Source: Bispira polyomma
Lineage: Eukaryota
Reading direction: 5' to 3'
Assembly: GCA_965649765.1 (NCBI GenBank)
Contig: OZ287750.1
Span: 101,060,001 to 101,124,000 of the forward strand
DNA length: 64,000 nt
The notes beneath the pieces are model-generated. The model was not told the origin of the DNA and searched no databases. It saw nothing but the letters and a program-made list of their open reading frames with translations. Position 1 is the first letter of the stretch. Each line of letters begins with the position of its first letter. This document shows positions 39,095-51,124 of this stretch, one piece after another. Both the position numbers and the translations under genes were made by a program.

Positions 39095-39527
39095 GGCAAG
39101 GTGTGTACACTTGTCTGGTGGCTCAGATACCCACTTAAAATGGCGGTGTCACTTTGATCCTATCCCCAGTGGCAGGCGCTAAATATCCTTGGGAGGACGT
39201 GGATAAATGGTCATCCTCAAGCCTTTTTCTTAAGTTAGGGGAATGACAGTAACTGATGCAGTTGACTGTTACAGTCAGGAAAGGATTAATTAGTGTTCTG
39301 AATACCAGATCAAGGTAGACATTTGCGCCAGGTATCAATATGAATACGAATATTATAAATATGTATGAATATAGTAGTGGGGTTTTCTTATCTTTTTCCA
39401 CTTTCATTTATACAACATTAGTGAAAATTTTAGCTGAAGGAAAAACTCAATAATTCACAATCTTTGAGAAGTTCAGGAAAATTAATTTTCATTATTGGTT
39501 ATTTATGTAGTATCAAAATATCAATAC
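39095..39527 (+). repeat. Dispersed repeat with a degenerate tRNA-like head (SINE-like, family 2), copy 1
   Basis: Aligns by eye with 56946-57359 throughout; degenerate A/B boxes. Confidence 0.7.
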
Positions 39528-40375
39528 AAGACCTGGGGCCATATTAAGCGGGCTTAAAAGCTTGTTTTGAGATTATTGTACAAGCTAGCATGCTATAGCT
39601 TTTTATTATGATCACGTAATTGCTGTAATTTTCAAATACTGCAGTGTCTCACACACACACACATAGATAAATATAGATCTAACATAGGCAGTATACGTCA
39701 TTGGGAAAATCCCACACAGACAAATCAATGTTTTGGAGGAAAGTTTACAGGATACTGCAGAAATGCCATGAAGGAAGAAAATCGGCAGAAATTCTTTGAA
39801 CATGAGTCAAATAACCGATTTTTTAAATAAACACAGAGATGCTTCTAACTGCACAAGTGGAGGAAGATGTTTAGTGATATCCCCCTCCTCCTACACCGCT
39901 TATCATTTACCAGTATATTTCAGGACAATGAAGTCAGCCTTTCCGAGTTGCAAAAGTAAATAATCTACATTTGGGGGCTGTTACCCAACGGGTCACTGTG
40001 CTTCAGTTCCTGGTCCACCCTAACTAAATACTATTTGTTTAAAGTCCTTTCTTGTGACATGCAAATTACCTCCTGTTTTGGGGATATTGAACCCCTGTTA
40101 CAACTACTTGCAAGCCATTGGTTCCCCCCTTCTTTCTCTCTTGCTATTACAATTGTGGTAGCCATTATAAAAAAGTCTTTGACAAGGGCACACACAAAAT
40201 TGATGCCTAAACAAAATTATTTATTTCTCTCTGTTTAAAAGCTGGATCTAGCCGCTTTTTATATGCTTGTTTACTATTGTAACTGATTTTAGTATTTACA
40301 AACTACATTTTAACTGTTTTAGTAAAAAAAACAAGCACGTATACAAGCTGTTAGACCCTTCTACAATTGTAAAAA

Positions 40376-42863
40376 ATGGGGAGAAGGAAAGTTACCAAAA
40401 CTGCTGATAGTGTTGAGCAAGTTATGGACGATAGTGCTAGCAGTACAGGGGATAAGATTACTCAGCAACAGGTGAACCTCCGTATACTAGAGGAGCTGAA
40501 GACATTGGGTGAAAGAATTGGTTCTATTGAGCAGAAAGTGGAAGACAAGCAGCCTCAGGGAGCCTGTAGGGGACAGACGTCAGCCTTTGAACACACTGAT
40601 GAAACTGTCATACCGACTGTACAAACTCTGAAGTCCTCGGCAACATTACAAGCACAGGTCGATGCCAGATTGACTGAACTGCAGAAACTCAACTCACAGG
40701 ACTTAACAGGTAGATTTAAGTCACAAAGGGGGGGGGGGGGGTTCAATCGAGGTCCTTTGTAAAAAACAAGTAAAATGGCCAAACTGCTATATATTGGGAG
40801 GGTCTCAGAGAGATAGAGTTTCGTATAACAATTTGACTGTTTTCCAATGGGTGGCTGGCTTTGTCCAAGCGGCCCAGGAGGAGTCTGATCCTGAGATCAG
40901 AAACATTATGTATGAATATTTAGGCGATCTCATGGAGGACGCTCAAGACTTCTCCTGGCCCGCCGCCAAAGCCAGCCATGCCGTTCTACTCTGTAGAATG
41001 GAGGAAGGTCGGGTAACATGGACAGAGTCCGAAAAGTTAGACAGAATTAGGAGGGCTAATGCCCAGAGGGTGGGAGTTAAGAAAAGTAGTCAAGATAGTA
41101 GTACCAAAACTAAAGATTTGCCTTGTAAATTCTACCAAAATGGCACATGTCGGAGGTTCAAGGACCATGAGCACAATGGCCAGCTTTATAGACACATCTG
41201 TGGCAGCTGTTATACTCAGAATAAGGAACATAACCACCCTAGTAAAGACTGTAGGTCGAAAAACAATTAAGGGCATTCAAAAAACGAGTAAGGCACTGCT
41301 TGGCAGTGCCTACACAGTATAAACAGTCCTTCAAAATGGCAGACACACCTGTGCGGGGGGTAACTTTTGTTAATTCAAAATTTCATACTCAAACTCCAAA
41401 ATCAGGGCAATGTAACACTGCCCTTAGTAAAAACACTGAACCCAACGTCTGGGATAAAGTTGGTACCATAAATGGCAGTACACGGTTTGGTAGTGTTAGG
41501 TATTGGCCCCAAGTAAAAAAAGTTGCAACATGTGTATCACATTGTGCACCTACGTTAAAACATAATAAAAACTTGAGAGGTGGGCAAACATGAAAAATGT
41601 ATAGCTCCATATTATGCAAAAGGTACTTCACTTGTTCACAGAACTAACGGGACCCTCTGCCCAATTAACTTTAATCAGGTGAACAGTGCCATTGTTGAAT
41701 CTAGTGAAATCACCCCAAGTATTGACGGCAAAACCCTACCAGTTTACACAAGTCTCAACAATACTGAATCACATATTAAAGGCTTTGCCAGTGACAGCTG
41801 TGATATTACGCAGCATAAACAGGTGGATAACAACACAGGTGTTGGTCATAATAGACAAAACATGGGGGATTACAAACAGAAGGTAAGCATTTCTGTCCAA
41901 AATAACAACAGAAAAACTACAAACCTTACAGATAATACTCCCCTTAAAAACATGCGTTCCTTTGAAAATACAAGTGAATCAGCCTGTACCCTTGATTTGG
42001 TCTTACCAAATGTAGAAACACAAATGGGTAAAAACATAAAAGATCAGTATGACAATTGTACAGATCTAAACACCATTTGGGATGTGAATTGGCATTCAAA
42101 ATACAGTGGAAATTTGTTTCTAAAAAATAAACAAAAACAAAGGCTGGAACAAGCCAAGGGAGTTGATGAATTTGAATTATTCAAAAGACAACAAAACTTC
42201 ATGTTTGGGTTTATACCACTGTCGAACCTTAAGCACAAACCAAGTGGTGGTGAATCATATACCCCCATATGTCATGATCCACCACTGGCTCACAAGATAG
42301 TTAAAGTGTCGGGTAAGCCCAACTTTATGGGGGCTCGACTACCTGTGGCAAGTCAGCTGCATGTCACCGAATGGCAAAAACGTTTAGTGGGCTATTGGGA
42401 TTGGCAGCTCCTTGAATTCCTCAAATATGGGTTTCCATTAGATTTTTCAACAAATATTGACTTAGTGAAAGGGCTAACCACCCCTCTGCAGTACAATATA
42501 AGGACCATGTAGAAGCATACTTGAAAGAAGAACTTAGTTTTGGTGCCATAATAGGTCCATTTGACGACTGTCCCATGCAAAACCTACATTTTTCACCCTT
42601 CCTTACTAGGACTAAACCTGACTCAGAAAAACGTCGCGTTATTATTGACCTGAGTTGGCCAGAAGGTCATTCAGTAAACGCTGGTGTTAGTAAAGATGAA
42701 TATTTAGGCACAGACTTTATACTCTCCTTTCCCTCTGTTGACGACATTGTCAGCCAGGTCAAAGCATTTGGTAGAGGTTGTCATCTATACAAGTTGGACA
42801 TTAGTCGTGCATTCAGGCATATAAAACTAGACCCTTTCGACTATAATTTGCTAGGGCTTCACC
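40376..42863 (+). pseudogene. Truncated duplicate of element H gag and 5' pol
   Basis: ORFs 40376..40762, 40794..41270, 41300..41593, 41580..42512 and 42521..42871 duplicate those at 43814-46300. Confidence 0.92.
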
Positions 42864-43813
42864 AATTTTAGCTGAAGGAAAAACTCAATAATTCACAATC
42901 TTTGAGAAGTTCAGGAAAATTAATTTTCATTATTGGTTATTTATGTAGTATCAAAATATCAATACAAGACCTGGGGCCATATTAAGCGGGCTTAAAAGCT
43001 TGTTTTGAGATTATTGTACAAGCTAGCATGCTATAGCTTTTTATTATGATCACGTAATTGCTGTAATTTTCAAATACTGCAGTGTCTCACACACACACAC
43101 ATAGATAAATATAGATCTAACATAGGCAGTATACGTCATTGGGAAAATCCCACACAGACAAATCAATGTTTTGGAGGAAAGTTTACAGGATACTGCAGAA
43201 ATGCCATGAAGGAAGAAAATCGGCAGAAATTCTTTGAACATGAGTCAAATAACCGATTTTTTAAATAAACACAGAGATGCTTCTAACTGCACAAGTGGAG
43301 GAAGATGTTTAGTGATATCCCCCTCCTCCTACACCGCTTATCATTTACCAGTATATTTCAGGACAATGAAGTCAGCCTTTCCGAGTTGCAAAAGTAAATA
43401 ATCTACATTTGGGGGCTGTTACCCAACGGGTCACTGTGCTTCAGTTCCTGGTCCACCCTAACTAAATACTATTTGTTTAAAGTCCTTTCTTGTGACATGC
43501 AAATTACCTCCTGTTTTGGGGATATTGAACCCCTGTTACAACTACTTGCAAGCCATTGGTTCCCCCCTTCTTTCTCTCTTGCTATTACAATTGTGGTAGC
43601 CATTATAAAAAAGTCTTTGACAAGGGCACACACAAAATTGATGCCTAAACAAAATTATTTATTTCTCTCTGTTTAAAAGCTGGATCTAGCCGCTTTTTAT
43701 ATGCTTGTTTACTATTGTAACTGATTTTAGTATTTACAAACTACATTTTAACTGTTTTAGTAAAAAAAACAAGCACGTATACAAGCTGTTAGACCCTTCT
43801 ACAATTGTAAAAA

Positions 43814-44707
43814 ATGGGGAGAAGGAAAGTTACCAAAACTGCTGATAGTGTTGAGCAAGTTATGGACGATAGTGCTAGCAGTACAGGGGATAAGATTACT
43901 CAGCAACAGGTGAACCTCCGTATACTAGAGGAGCTGAAGACATTGGGTGAAAGAATTGGTTCTATTGAGCAGAAAGTGGAAGACAAGCAGCCTCAGGGAG
44001 CCTGTAGGGGACAGACGTCAGCCTTTGAACACACTGATGAAACTGTCATACCGACTGTACAAACTCTGAAGTCCTCGGCAACATTACAAGCACAGGTCGA
44101 TGCCAGATTGACTGAACTGCAGAAACTCAACTCACAGGACTTAACAGGTAGATTTAAGTCACAAAGGGGGGGGGGGGGTTCAATCGAGGTCCTTTGTAAA
44201 AAACAAGTAAAATGGCCAAACTGCTATATATTGGGAGGGTCTCAGAGAGATAGAGTTTCGTATAACAATTTGACTGTTTTCCAATGGGTGGCTGGCTTTG
44301 TCCAAGCGGCCCAGGAGGAGTCTGATCCTGAGATCAGAAACATTATGTATGAATATTTAGGCGATCTCATGGAGGACGCTCAAGACTTCTCCTGGCCCGC
44401 CGCCAAAGCCAGCCATGCCGTTCTACTCTGTAGAATGGAGGAAGGTCGGGTAACATGGACAGAGTCCGAAAAGTTAGACAGAATTAGGAGGGCTAATGCC
44501 CAGAGGGTGGGAGTTAAGAAAAGTAGTCAAGATAGTAGTACCAAAACTAAAGATTTGCCTTGTAAATTCTACCAAAATGGCACATGTCGGAGGTTCAAGG
44601 ACCATGAGCACAATGGCCAGCTTTATAGACACATCTGTGGCAGCTGTTATACTCAGAATAAGGAACATAACCACCCTAGTAAAGACTGTAGGTCGAAAAA
44701 CAATTAA
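43814..44707 (+). CDS. Gag-like protein (297 aa) of element H
   Basis: Coiled-coil-like N-region, FKSQRGG, WPNCYILGG, CKFYQNGTC....DH...HICGSC...H....C. Confidence 0.9.
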   Translation: MGRRKVTKTADSVEQVMDDSASSTGDKITQQQVNLRILEELKTLGERIGSIEQKVEDKQPQGACRGQTSAFEHTDETVIPTVQTLKSSATLQAQVDARLTELQKLNSQDLTGRFKSQRGGGGSIEVLCKKQVKWPNCYILGGSQRDRVSYNNLTVFQWVAGFVQAAQEESDPEIRNIMYEYLGDLMEDAQDFSWPAAKASHAVLLCRMEEGRVTWTESEKLDRIRRANAQRVGVKKSSQDSSTKTKDLPCKFYQNGTCRRFKDHEHNGQLYRHICGSCYTQNKEHNHPSKDCRSKNN

Positions 44708-44715
44708 GGGCATTC

Positions 44716-44748
44716 AAAAAACGAGTAAGGCACTGCTTGGCAGTGCCT
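44716..44748 (+). promoter_or_regulatory. Predicted -1 ribosomal frameshift signal (A_AAA_AAC, 5-nt spacer, 9-bp hairpin)
   Basis: AAAAAAC 44716-44722 is in the gag frame; AGGCACTGC-TTG-GCAGTGCCT 44728-44748; the -1 frame enters ORF 44737..45030; homologous sites at 797-831, 20404-20416 and 41279-41311. Confidence 0.7.
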
Positions 44749-47339
44749 ACACAGTATAAACAGTCCTTCAAAATGGCAGACACACCTGTGCGGGGGGTAA
44801 CTTTTGTTAATTCAAAATTTCATACTCAAACTCCAAAATCAGGGCAATGTAACACTGCCCTTAGTAAAAACACTGAACCCAACGTCTGGGATAAAGTTGG
44901 TACCATAAATGGCAGTACACGGTTTGGTAGTGTTAGGTATTGGCCCCAAGTAAAAAAAGTTGCAACATGTGTATCACATTGTGCACCTACGTTAAAACAT
45001 AATAAAAACTTGAGAGGTGGGCAAACATGAAAAATGTATAGCTCCATATTATGCAAAAGGTACTTCACTTGTTCACAGAACTAACGGGACCCTCTGCCCA
45101 ATTAACTTTAATCAGGTGAACAGTGCCATTGTTGAATCTAGTGAAATCACCCCAAGTATTGACGGCAAAACCCTACCAGTTTACACAAGTCTCAACAATA
45201 CTGAATCACATATTAAAGGCTTTGCCAGTGACAGCTGTGATATTACGCAGCATAAACAGGTGGATAACAACACAGGTGTTGGTCATAATAGACAAAACAT
45301 GGGGGATTACAAACAGAAGGTAAGCATTTCTGTCCAAAATAACAACAGAAAAACTACAAACCTTACAGATAATACTCCCCTTAAAAACATGCGTTCCTTT
45401 GAAAATACAAGTGAATCAGCCTGTACCCTTGATTTGGTCTTACCAAATGTAGAAACACAAATGGGTAAAAACATAAAAGATCAGTATGACAATTGTACAG
45501 ATCTAAACACCATTTGGGATGTGAATTGGCATTCAAAATACAGTGGAAATTTGTTTCTAAAAAATAAACAAAAACAAAGGCTGGAACAAGCCAAGGGAGT
45601 TGATGAATTTGAATTATTCAAAAGACAACAAAACTTCATGTTTGGGTTTATACCACTGTCGAACCTTAAGCACAAACCAAGTGGTGGTGAATCATATACC
45701 CCCATATGTCATGATCCACCACTGGCTCACAAGATAGTTAAAGTGTCGGGTAAGCCCAACTTTATGGGGGCTCGACTACCTGTGGCAAGTCAGCTGCATG
45801 TCACCGAATGGCAAAAACGTTTAGTGGGCTATTGGGATTGGCAGCTCCTTGAATTCCTCAAATATGGGTTTCCATTAGATTTTTCAACAAATATTGACTT
45901 AGTGAAAGGGCTAACCACCCCTCTGCAGTACAATATAAGGACCATGTAGAAGCATACTTGAAAGAAGAACTTAGTTTTGGTGCCATAATAGGTCCATTTG
46001 ACGACTGTCCCATGCAAAACCTACATTTTTCACCCTTCCTTACTAGGACTAAACCTGACTCAGAAAAACGTCGCGTTATTATTGACCTGAGTTGGCCAGA
46101 AGGTCATTCAGTAAACGCTGGTGTTAGTAAAGATGAATATTTAGGCACAGACTTTATACTCTCCTTTCCCTCTGTTGACGACATTGTCAGCCAGGTCAAA
46201 GCATTTGGTAGAGGTTGTCATCTATACAAGTTGGACATTAGTCGTGCATTCAGGCATATAAAACTAGACCCTTTCGACTATAATTTGCTAGGGCTTCACC
46301 TAGACCAGGTGTACATTGATACTTGCTTGCCCTTTGGTTATAGGCAAGGGAGTTCATTGTTTCAGAGAATCTCTGACAGTATAAGATACATGATGTCTTC
46401 AGAGGGCTTCCCTATCATAAACTACTGTGATGATCTGATAGATTTTCGTGTCCCTAGTCAAGCAAAAATTGCATTTAACACGTTGTACAATCTCCTGGGC
46501 AAGTTAGGTTTTGATATCAGCGCAAAAAATATCATAAAACCTGATACAAAAGTCACCTGCCTAGGTATTGACATAGACACCATTCAAAGTACCACTTCCA
46601 TTCCAATAGAGAAGCTCCAAAAAATCAAAGCTTTGTGTGCAAATTGGGGTTCTCCTACTACATGTCATAAAAACAAGTTGCAGTCCCTGCTGGGATCTCT
46701 CCTCTATGTCTCAAAGTGCGTAAAGTCATCTTGATTTTTTCTGAACCGCATACTAGATGTCCTAAGGTCAGCTTCCGGCAGTAAAAGTATTTCCCTCACT
46801 GTTGAGTTCTACAAGGACCTCTCATGGTTTAGGCAATTTCTTCACAAATTTAACGGGGTAACTTTCTATGACCAGAGACCCATTGATCATGAAATGGCCT
46901 TGGATGCTTGTCTCACGGGGATGGGGGGGCCACTGGGGAAATAACATCATGTGGGAGTTTCTGGGGTGGATAGTGAGCTCGGAATTGTGCATCTTGAGAT
47001 GCTAAATATCTTGGTGGCTCTGAGATTATGGGGTAAATCATGGGGAAACAAGAAGGTACTTATCAGGTGCGATAATCAGGCGGTGGTTAGCGTTCTATCC
47101 ACAGGAAAAATAAGGGACAGTTACCTTTCGGCTTGTGCTAGAAATATAGCCATGGAACTAGCTCTAAACAACATAGAGGCCAAGTTTATTCACATGTTAG
47201 GCAAACTGAATTGCATAGCTGATCTGTTTCGCGTTGGCATGGGTCTACTGCCCAGTATGAGAAACTGTATGCTAGCATTCAACAACCAATTTGGTTACCT
47301 GTACACAGAAACCTCTTATATGTAAAATGGGATATTTAA
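44716..47339 (+). pseudogene. pol of element H
   Basis: ORFs 44737..45030, 45017..45949, 45958..46734 and 46951..47325 with RT and RNase H motifs. Confidence 0.92.
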
Positions 47340-47345
47340 TTATAG

Positions 47346-48332
47346 GTTCAGCTTTGGGTACTATGCTGGCTGCCAGAGCTGTGAACAGGCTGCCTGGGGC
47401 TTTCAGACCCGCTACTACCGGAGCCTACCAGTCTATCTTTAGAACCTTTATTGCTTTTTCTACATTTATTCAGGTAGACATCTTGTCCATACAAGTTTCA
47501 AATATACTAGCATATTTAGAGTTTTTGCCTTTTAATAAGGCCTCTCCTGCTGTTATGGCTAACAACCTCTCAGCCATCAAGTCATGTGTTAGCTTATATG
47601 GCTTACAAATTAACGCTTTCTCAGATCCTAGGATAAAACTGTTTCACAAGTCTGTCATGATTAACAGACTCCTTGTTACTAAATTCAGAGCTTTCATTGA
47701 CATTGATACTCTCTAAAAAATCATCAGTTCGTGTGACTGTACCTTTATGGGTCAAATATTCAAAGCAATTTACTTGGTTGCTTACTTTTCTAAGAATGTC
47801 CAATCTAGTTCCATCTTCTGTGAACCAATTTGATCCCTCAAGGCACCTCACCAGGCAGGACATCTTCTTCCACCCACCTGGGGCTCATATCCTCATTAAA
47901 TGGTCGAAAACCATTCAAAATAGGGACATGGTCAAATTAATAAAAATTCCATCATTATTTCCATCCCCTCTTTGTCCTGTAACGGCCCTTAAAGTGGTGC
48001 TTAGAGAGTGTCCTTCTGGTCTCAATCAACCATTGTTTTTGCTAAAGTCTAAAGCTGGTTGGACTTCAGCAACTGATGGCAAAGTTAGAGCTCACCTTAA
48101 GACAGCAATCACCTTGGCTGGCTTTCCCAATGATCTTTTTACCTTTCACGCATTTCGCCGTTCAGGTGCTACTGCTGCTTTCAACAATAACGTTGACCTT
48201 GCCCACATTCAACAGCATGGTACCTGGACGTCGGAGTGCGTGTGGCAATACATCATGCAAAATCCGGCCACTGGGCATCAAGTGGCTCTGGCTTTCTAAA
48301 AATCGCTTACTCCTACTGCCCCTACTTCCTAG
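47346..48332 (+). pseudogene. tyrosine recombinase of element H
   Basis: FLRMSNL, KWSKT, LCPV, HAFRRSG, HGTWTSECVWQY. Confidence 0.93.
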
Positions 48333-48494
48333 TTTGGCTGTTTGGGTGCTGAACTACTTCTCAATTAATTGCATATCTGCAATAACTAAGTAATTAACTC
48401 TTTTCCATAATGTACTCAGGTATCCCATTAGGACCTGAGCACTCATTTCACTAAGTTGCAGTGCAACACTCGAACTTTTAATCAAAAATTTAGT

Positions 48495-48725
48495 TGTCCT
48501 AACCTGGAGTTAAGGCTACCTCTAGAAAAATTTAATTTAAAGTCAATCTTAAATTTAGAATTTATTGTTTTCACTTTAAGTTAAAACTTTAGGTAACCTT
48601 AAATTATTTAAGGTCAGCTAAAACTTAAATTGTGGTTGCCACTTAAGTTTTTTCGTAATGATAAGTCACTTTAGGCAACCTTAAACTGTTTTTCAACTCC
48701 CACCTCAAACTCAGTTGAGGTCATA
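48495..48725 (+). repeat. 3' palindrome/hairpin array of element H
   Basis: TAAGGCTACCT, TTAGGTAACCTTAA, ACCTTAAAT-T-ATTTAAGGT, TTAGGCAACCTTAA. Confidence 0.7.
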
Positions 48726-49688
48726 GTGATGTATAATGCTCATGTAAATGATTATTTTACTATTATAGTAAAACGTTCATACAGTAGTAGTATAATCTGG
48801 ATGTGTATATATTTAATAGTAGTTTTAATCTATGTGTTTTGTAAATAAACACATATTCTGCATATATGTTATTCCCTGCGTCCTATAGGCTTACCTTCTT
48901 TGACCTGGAACTGAGCACTTTAGCCATGTTTAATTTAAAATATAGATGGGCATGTATTATATGAATTTGTCAAGTATACGGTCAGGACCAATAGAAAAAA
49001 TGTTACATTTAAAAAAGAGCCACTTTAATGTTTCTTTAAGGCACACTAATAATCATAAAGTAAAAACTATTTCATTATGGACTGAATGTTTTTGCATAGC
49101 ACAGTTATACCAAACTCAATTTTAACACCTTTCACACAATGATTTTAAAGCTAATTCTTTATGGTGACAAACTTAACTTCTCTGTTAGTTTGCTGTGAAT
49201 TTTCAATATTGTGGGGCTTTTTCAAACTGTTTTGTGTTATATTTTTACCTATAGAAGGATAATAATTGCATTTTAGAATTGAATAATATATCACCATATC
49301 CTTAATATCTTTTTTGGTCATATATTTTTTCCATTTTACACCACTAGGGTAGTTTTACTATTACATATTTGGAACTTTTTAAATTAAGATAGCGTCTCTG
49401 ACAAACTTTTTTATTGTTATTTTTGATATTATATCAAATTTTGAGGTGCTAGGTTAAATGATAATCAGAATCCAAAAATCTCACTTGATGAAACCAAAAA
49501 AAGAGGTCAAGTCAAAGGTAAACTGAGTACCAGGGAAACCGCTATACATCATTAAACGAATATATTATAATCAAACTTTTTGTGCCTCAGTTGAAAAATC
49601 CCCTTCTACAAACACACCAAGAACACAACATAACACAGTCACACAGTCAGACAAATACTTGTTCACATAGGCTGTCTGACAAGCTTGA

Positions 49689-49943
49689 GGGGCCGCGGTG
49701 GCCCACTAGTTGGCAAGCATTGCTCTTCACAATCACTGGTGTCTCACCTCTGGCCAGCTTGAGTTTGAATCCCGTCGATGCCTATGTCGGAAAGGTGGTA
49801 GTTCCTTACTGTGGGCCGCTGGTTTCAGTGCAGAACCTTGATCAACTGTATTCGGTGTTTCCTCCAGCGTTTCCAACTACCCGTCCCAATATAACCTAAA
49901 CAGGTACTAGAGTGGACGTTAAATATCCAAATTCAAATTCAAA
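49689..49943 (+). mobile_element. tRNA-derived SINE, family 1 (full length)
   Basis: Same sequence family as 28350-28602; (CAAATT)n tail; perfect 13-bp TSD CTGACAAGCTTGA at 49676-49688 and 49944-49956. Confidence 0.92.
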
Positions 49944-49965
49944 CTGACAAGCTTGAATCTTTATA

Positions 49966-50930
49966 GCCCTGTTCCACATACCCGACATTTACGATCTAAG
50001 GATCAGGAGCCACTCGGGGTATAATCGGGAGTTGCTTCCGAGTTATCTCTAGCTATCGGGGCCAATCGGGCCACTCGCTCAGGTTTTCAAACATGCTTAA
50101 AACCTCTAAGATTTTATGACACATGGCTGATAATTCAAATTGAATCAAAATGAGATGAATCGGAAGCATTCGGGAGCTTGCAACGAGTTATCGTTAGGCC
50201 CTATCGACCTATCATTACAATCGTCCCTGTCCAGGACTCAAATCGGGAGAAATTTAAACCAAAACCATTCCGCGTGATCACACCATCCCTGACAATAGAT
50301 CGGGTAGCTACTGACAAGTTGAAAGACACGGACGAGTGTAAGGATAACTCGGGGATACGAAAGACAACTCGGGAGCCTATTTAATTGGCTGACAATTCAT
50401 ATCGGAGTACCAGAAACATATAAAAGGGGGCTGTGACATTACTTTTCAGCTCGTTTAGTTTTTAGCAGCAAAGAGTACAAATCAGCAACTGGGAATTTTC
50501 ATTGAATATATAATATAAGTTTAGGTCTTTGTTTTGCATTGTACATTTTTTTATTAAATATGCCACCCAAGAAGAGGGGACGGAAGAGGGAGATGGCTAC
50601 TTATGATGAAGAGGAGCAGAGGGAGTTTGAAAATAACAGACCTGTGACTGTGACCTTTGACTGAGAGACTGTGACTGTGTTACCGGAGACTCACTTATCT
50701 CAGTTCACTGCCCTTGTAAGACACAATAGAGACCAAACAAACAGAGGGACAAGGTTCCACTTGTGATGCCGAGGTGGCGGTCCTTTCCAGGAAGCAGAGA
50801 AAGAGGGAAATGAAGAACTGCTACTGACCGACAAACAGGAGGAGGCTGCCATCTAATTCCTCAAAGACCATAAGTGGCTATACAACAAACGCCACACTGA
50901 CAGAGACAACCAGAAGAAGAATGTGGCCTG
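49966..50930 (+). mobile_element. PIF/Harbinger-like left end and degenerate Myb/MADF ORF start
   Basis: GCCCTGTTCCACATACCCGA end, subterminal ATCGGG/CTCGGG motifs, MPPKKRG... then LTDKQEEAAI*FLKDHKWLYNKRH. Confidence 0.7.
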
Positions 50931-51047
50931 GGGGGCTTGATGCTGGCCTAGTGGTTAGCAAGCATTGCGCTTCACAATCACTGGTTTCTCATCTGTGGGC
51001 GGCGTGAGTTTGAATCCCGTCAATGCCTATGTGGGAAAGGTGGTAGT
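50931..51047 (+). mobile_element. SINE family 1, 5' half
   Basis: TGGCCTAGTGGTTAGCAAGC...GAGTTTGAATCCC. Confidence 0.85.
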
Positions 51048-51124
51048 ACATATTAAGTCATCTAATCACATGAACTGAATCAGTTTGCTCAAATAATGTT
51101 TTCCTGCAGGTTTAAGATTACTTT

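Larger units (their letters stand above)
39426..46300 (+). repeat. Near-perfect tandem duplication (39426-42863 and 42864-46300) of flank + gag + 5' pol of element H
   Basis: Identical ORF translations at offset 3438/3437; the only difference I saw is G14 vs G13; junction GGGCTTCACC|AATTTTAGCT. Confidence 0.97.
43430..48730 (+). mobile_element. Element H: near full-length, mildly degenerate YR retrotransposon
   Basis: gag 43814-44728, pol 44716-47339 (several lesions; YCDD), YR 47346-48332, 3' palindrome array 48495-48725; outer boundaries approximate. Confidence 0.95.

Noticed and set aside
43436-48918. Terminal inverted repeat GTGCTTCAGTTCCTGGTC (43436-43453) / GACCTGGAACTGAGCAC (48902-48918)
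   Set aside because: Only ~17 nt with a mismatch and a gap, does not extend, and has no counterpart in other elements; compatible with chance.
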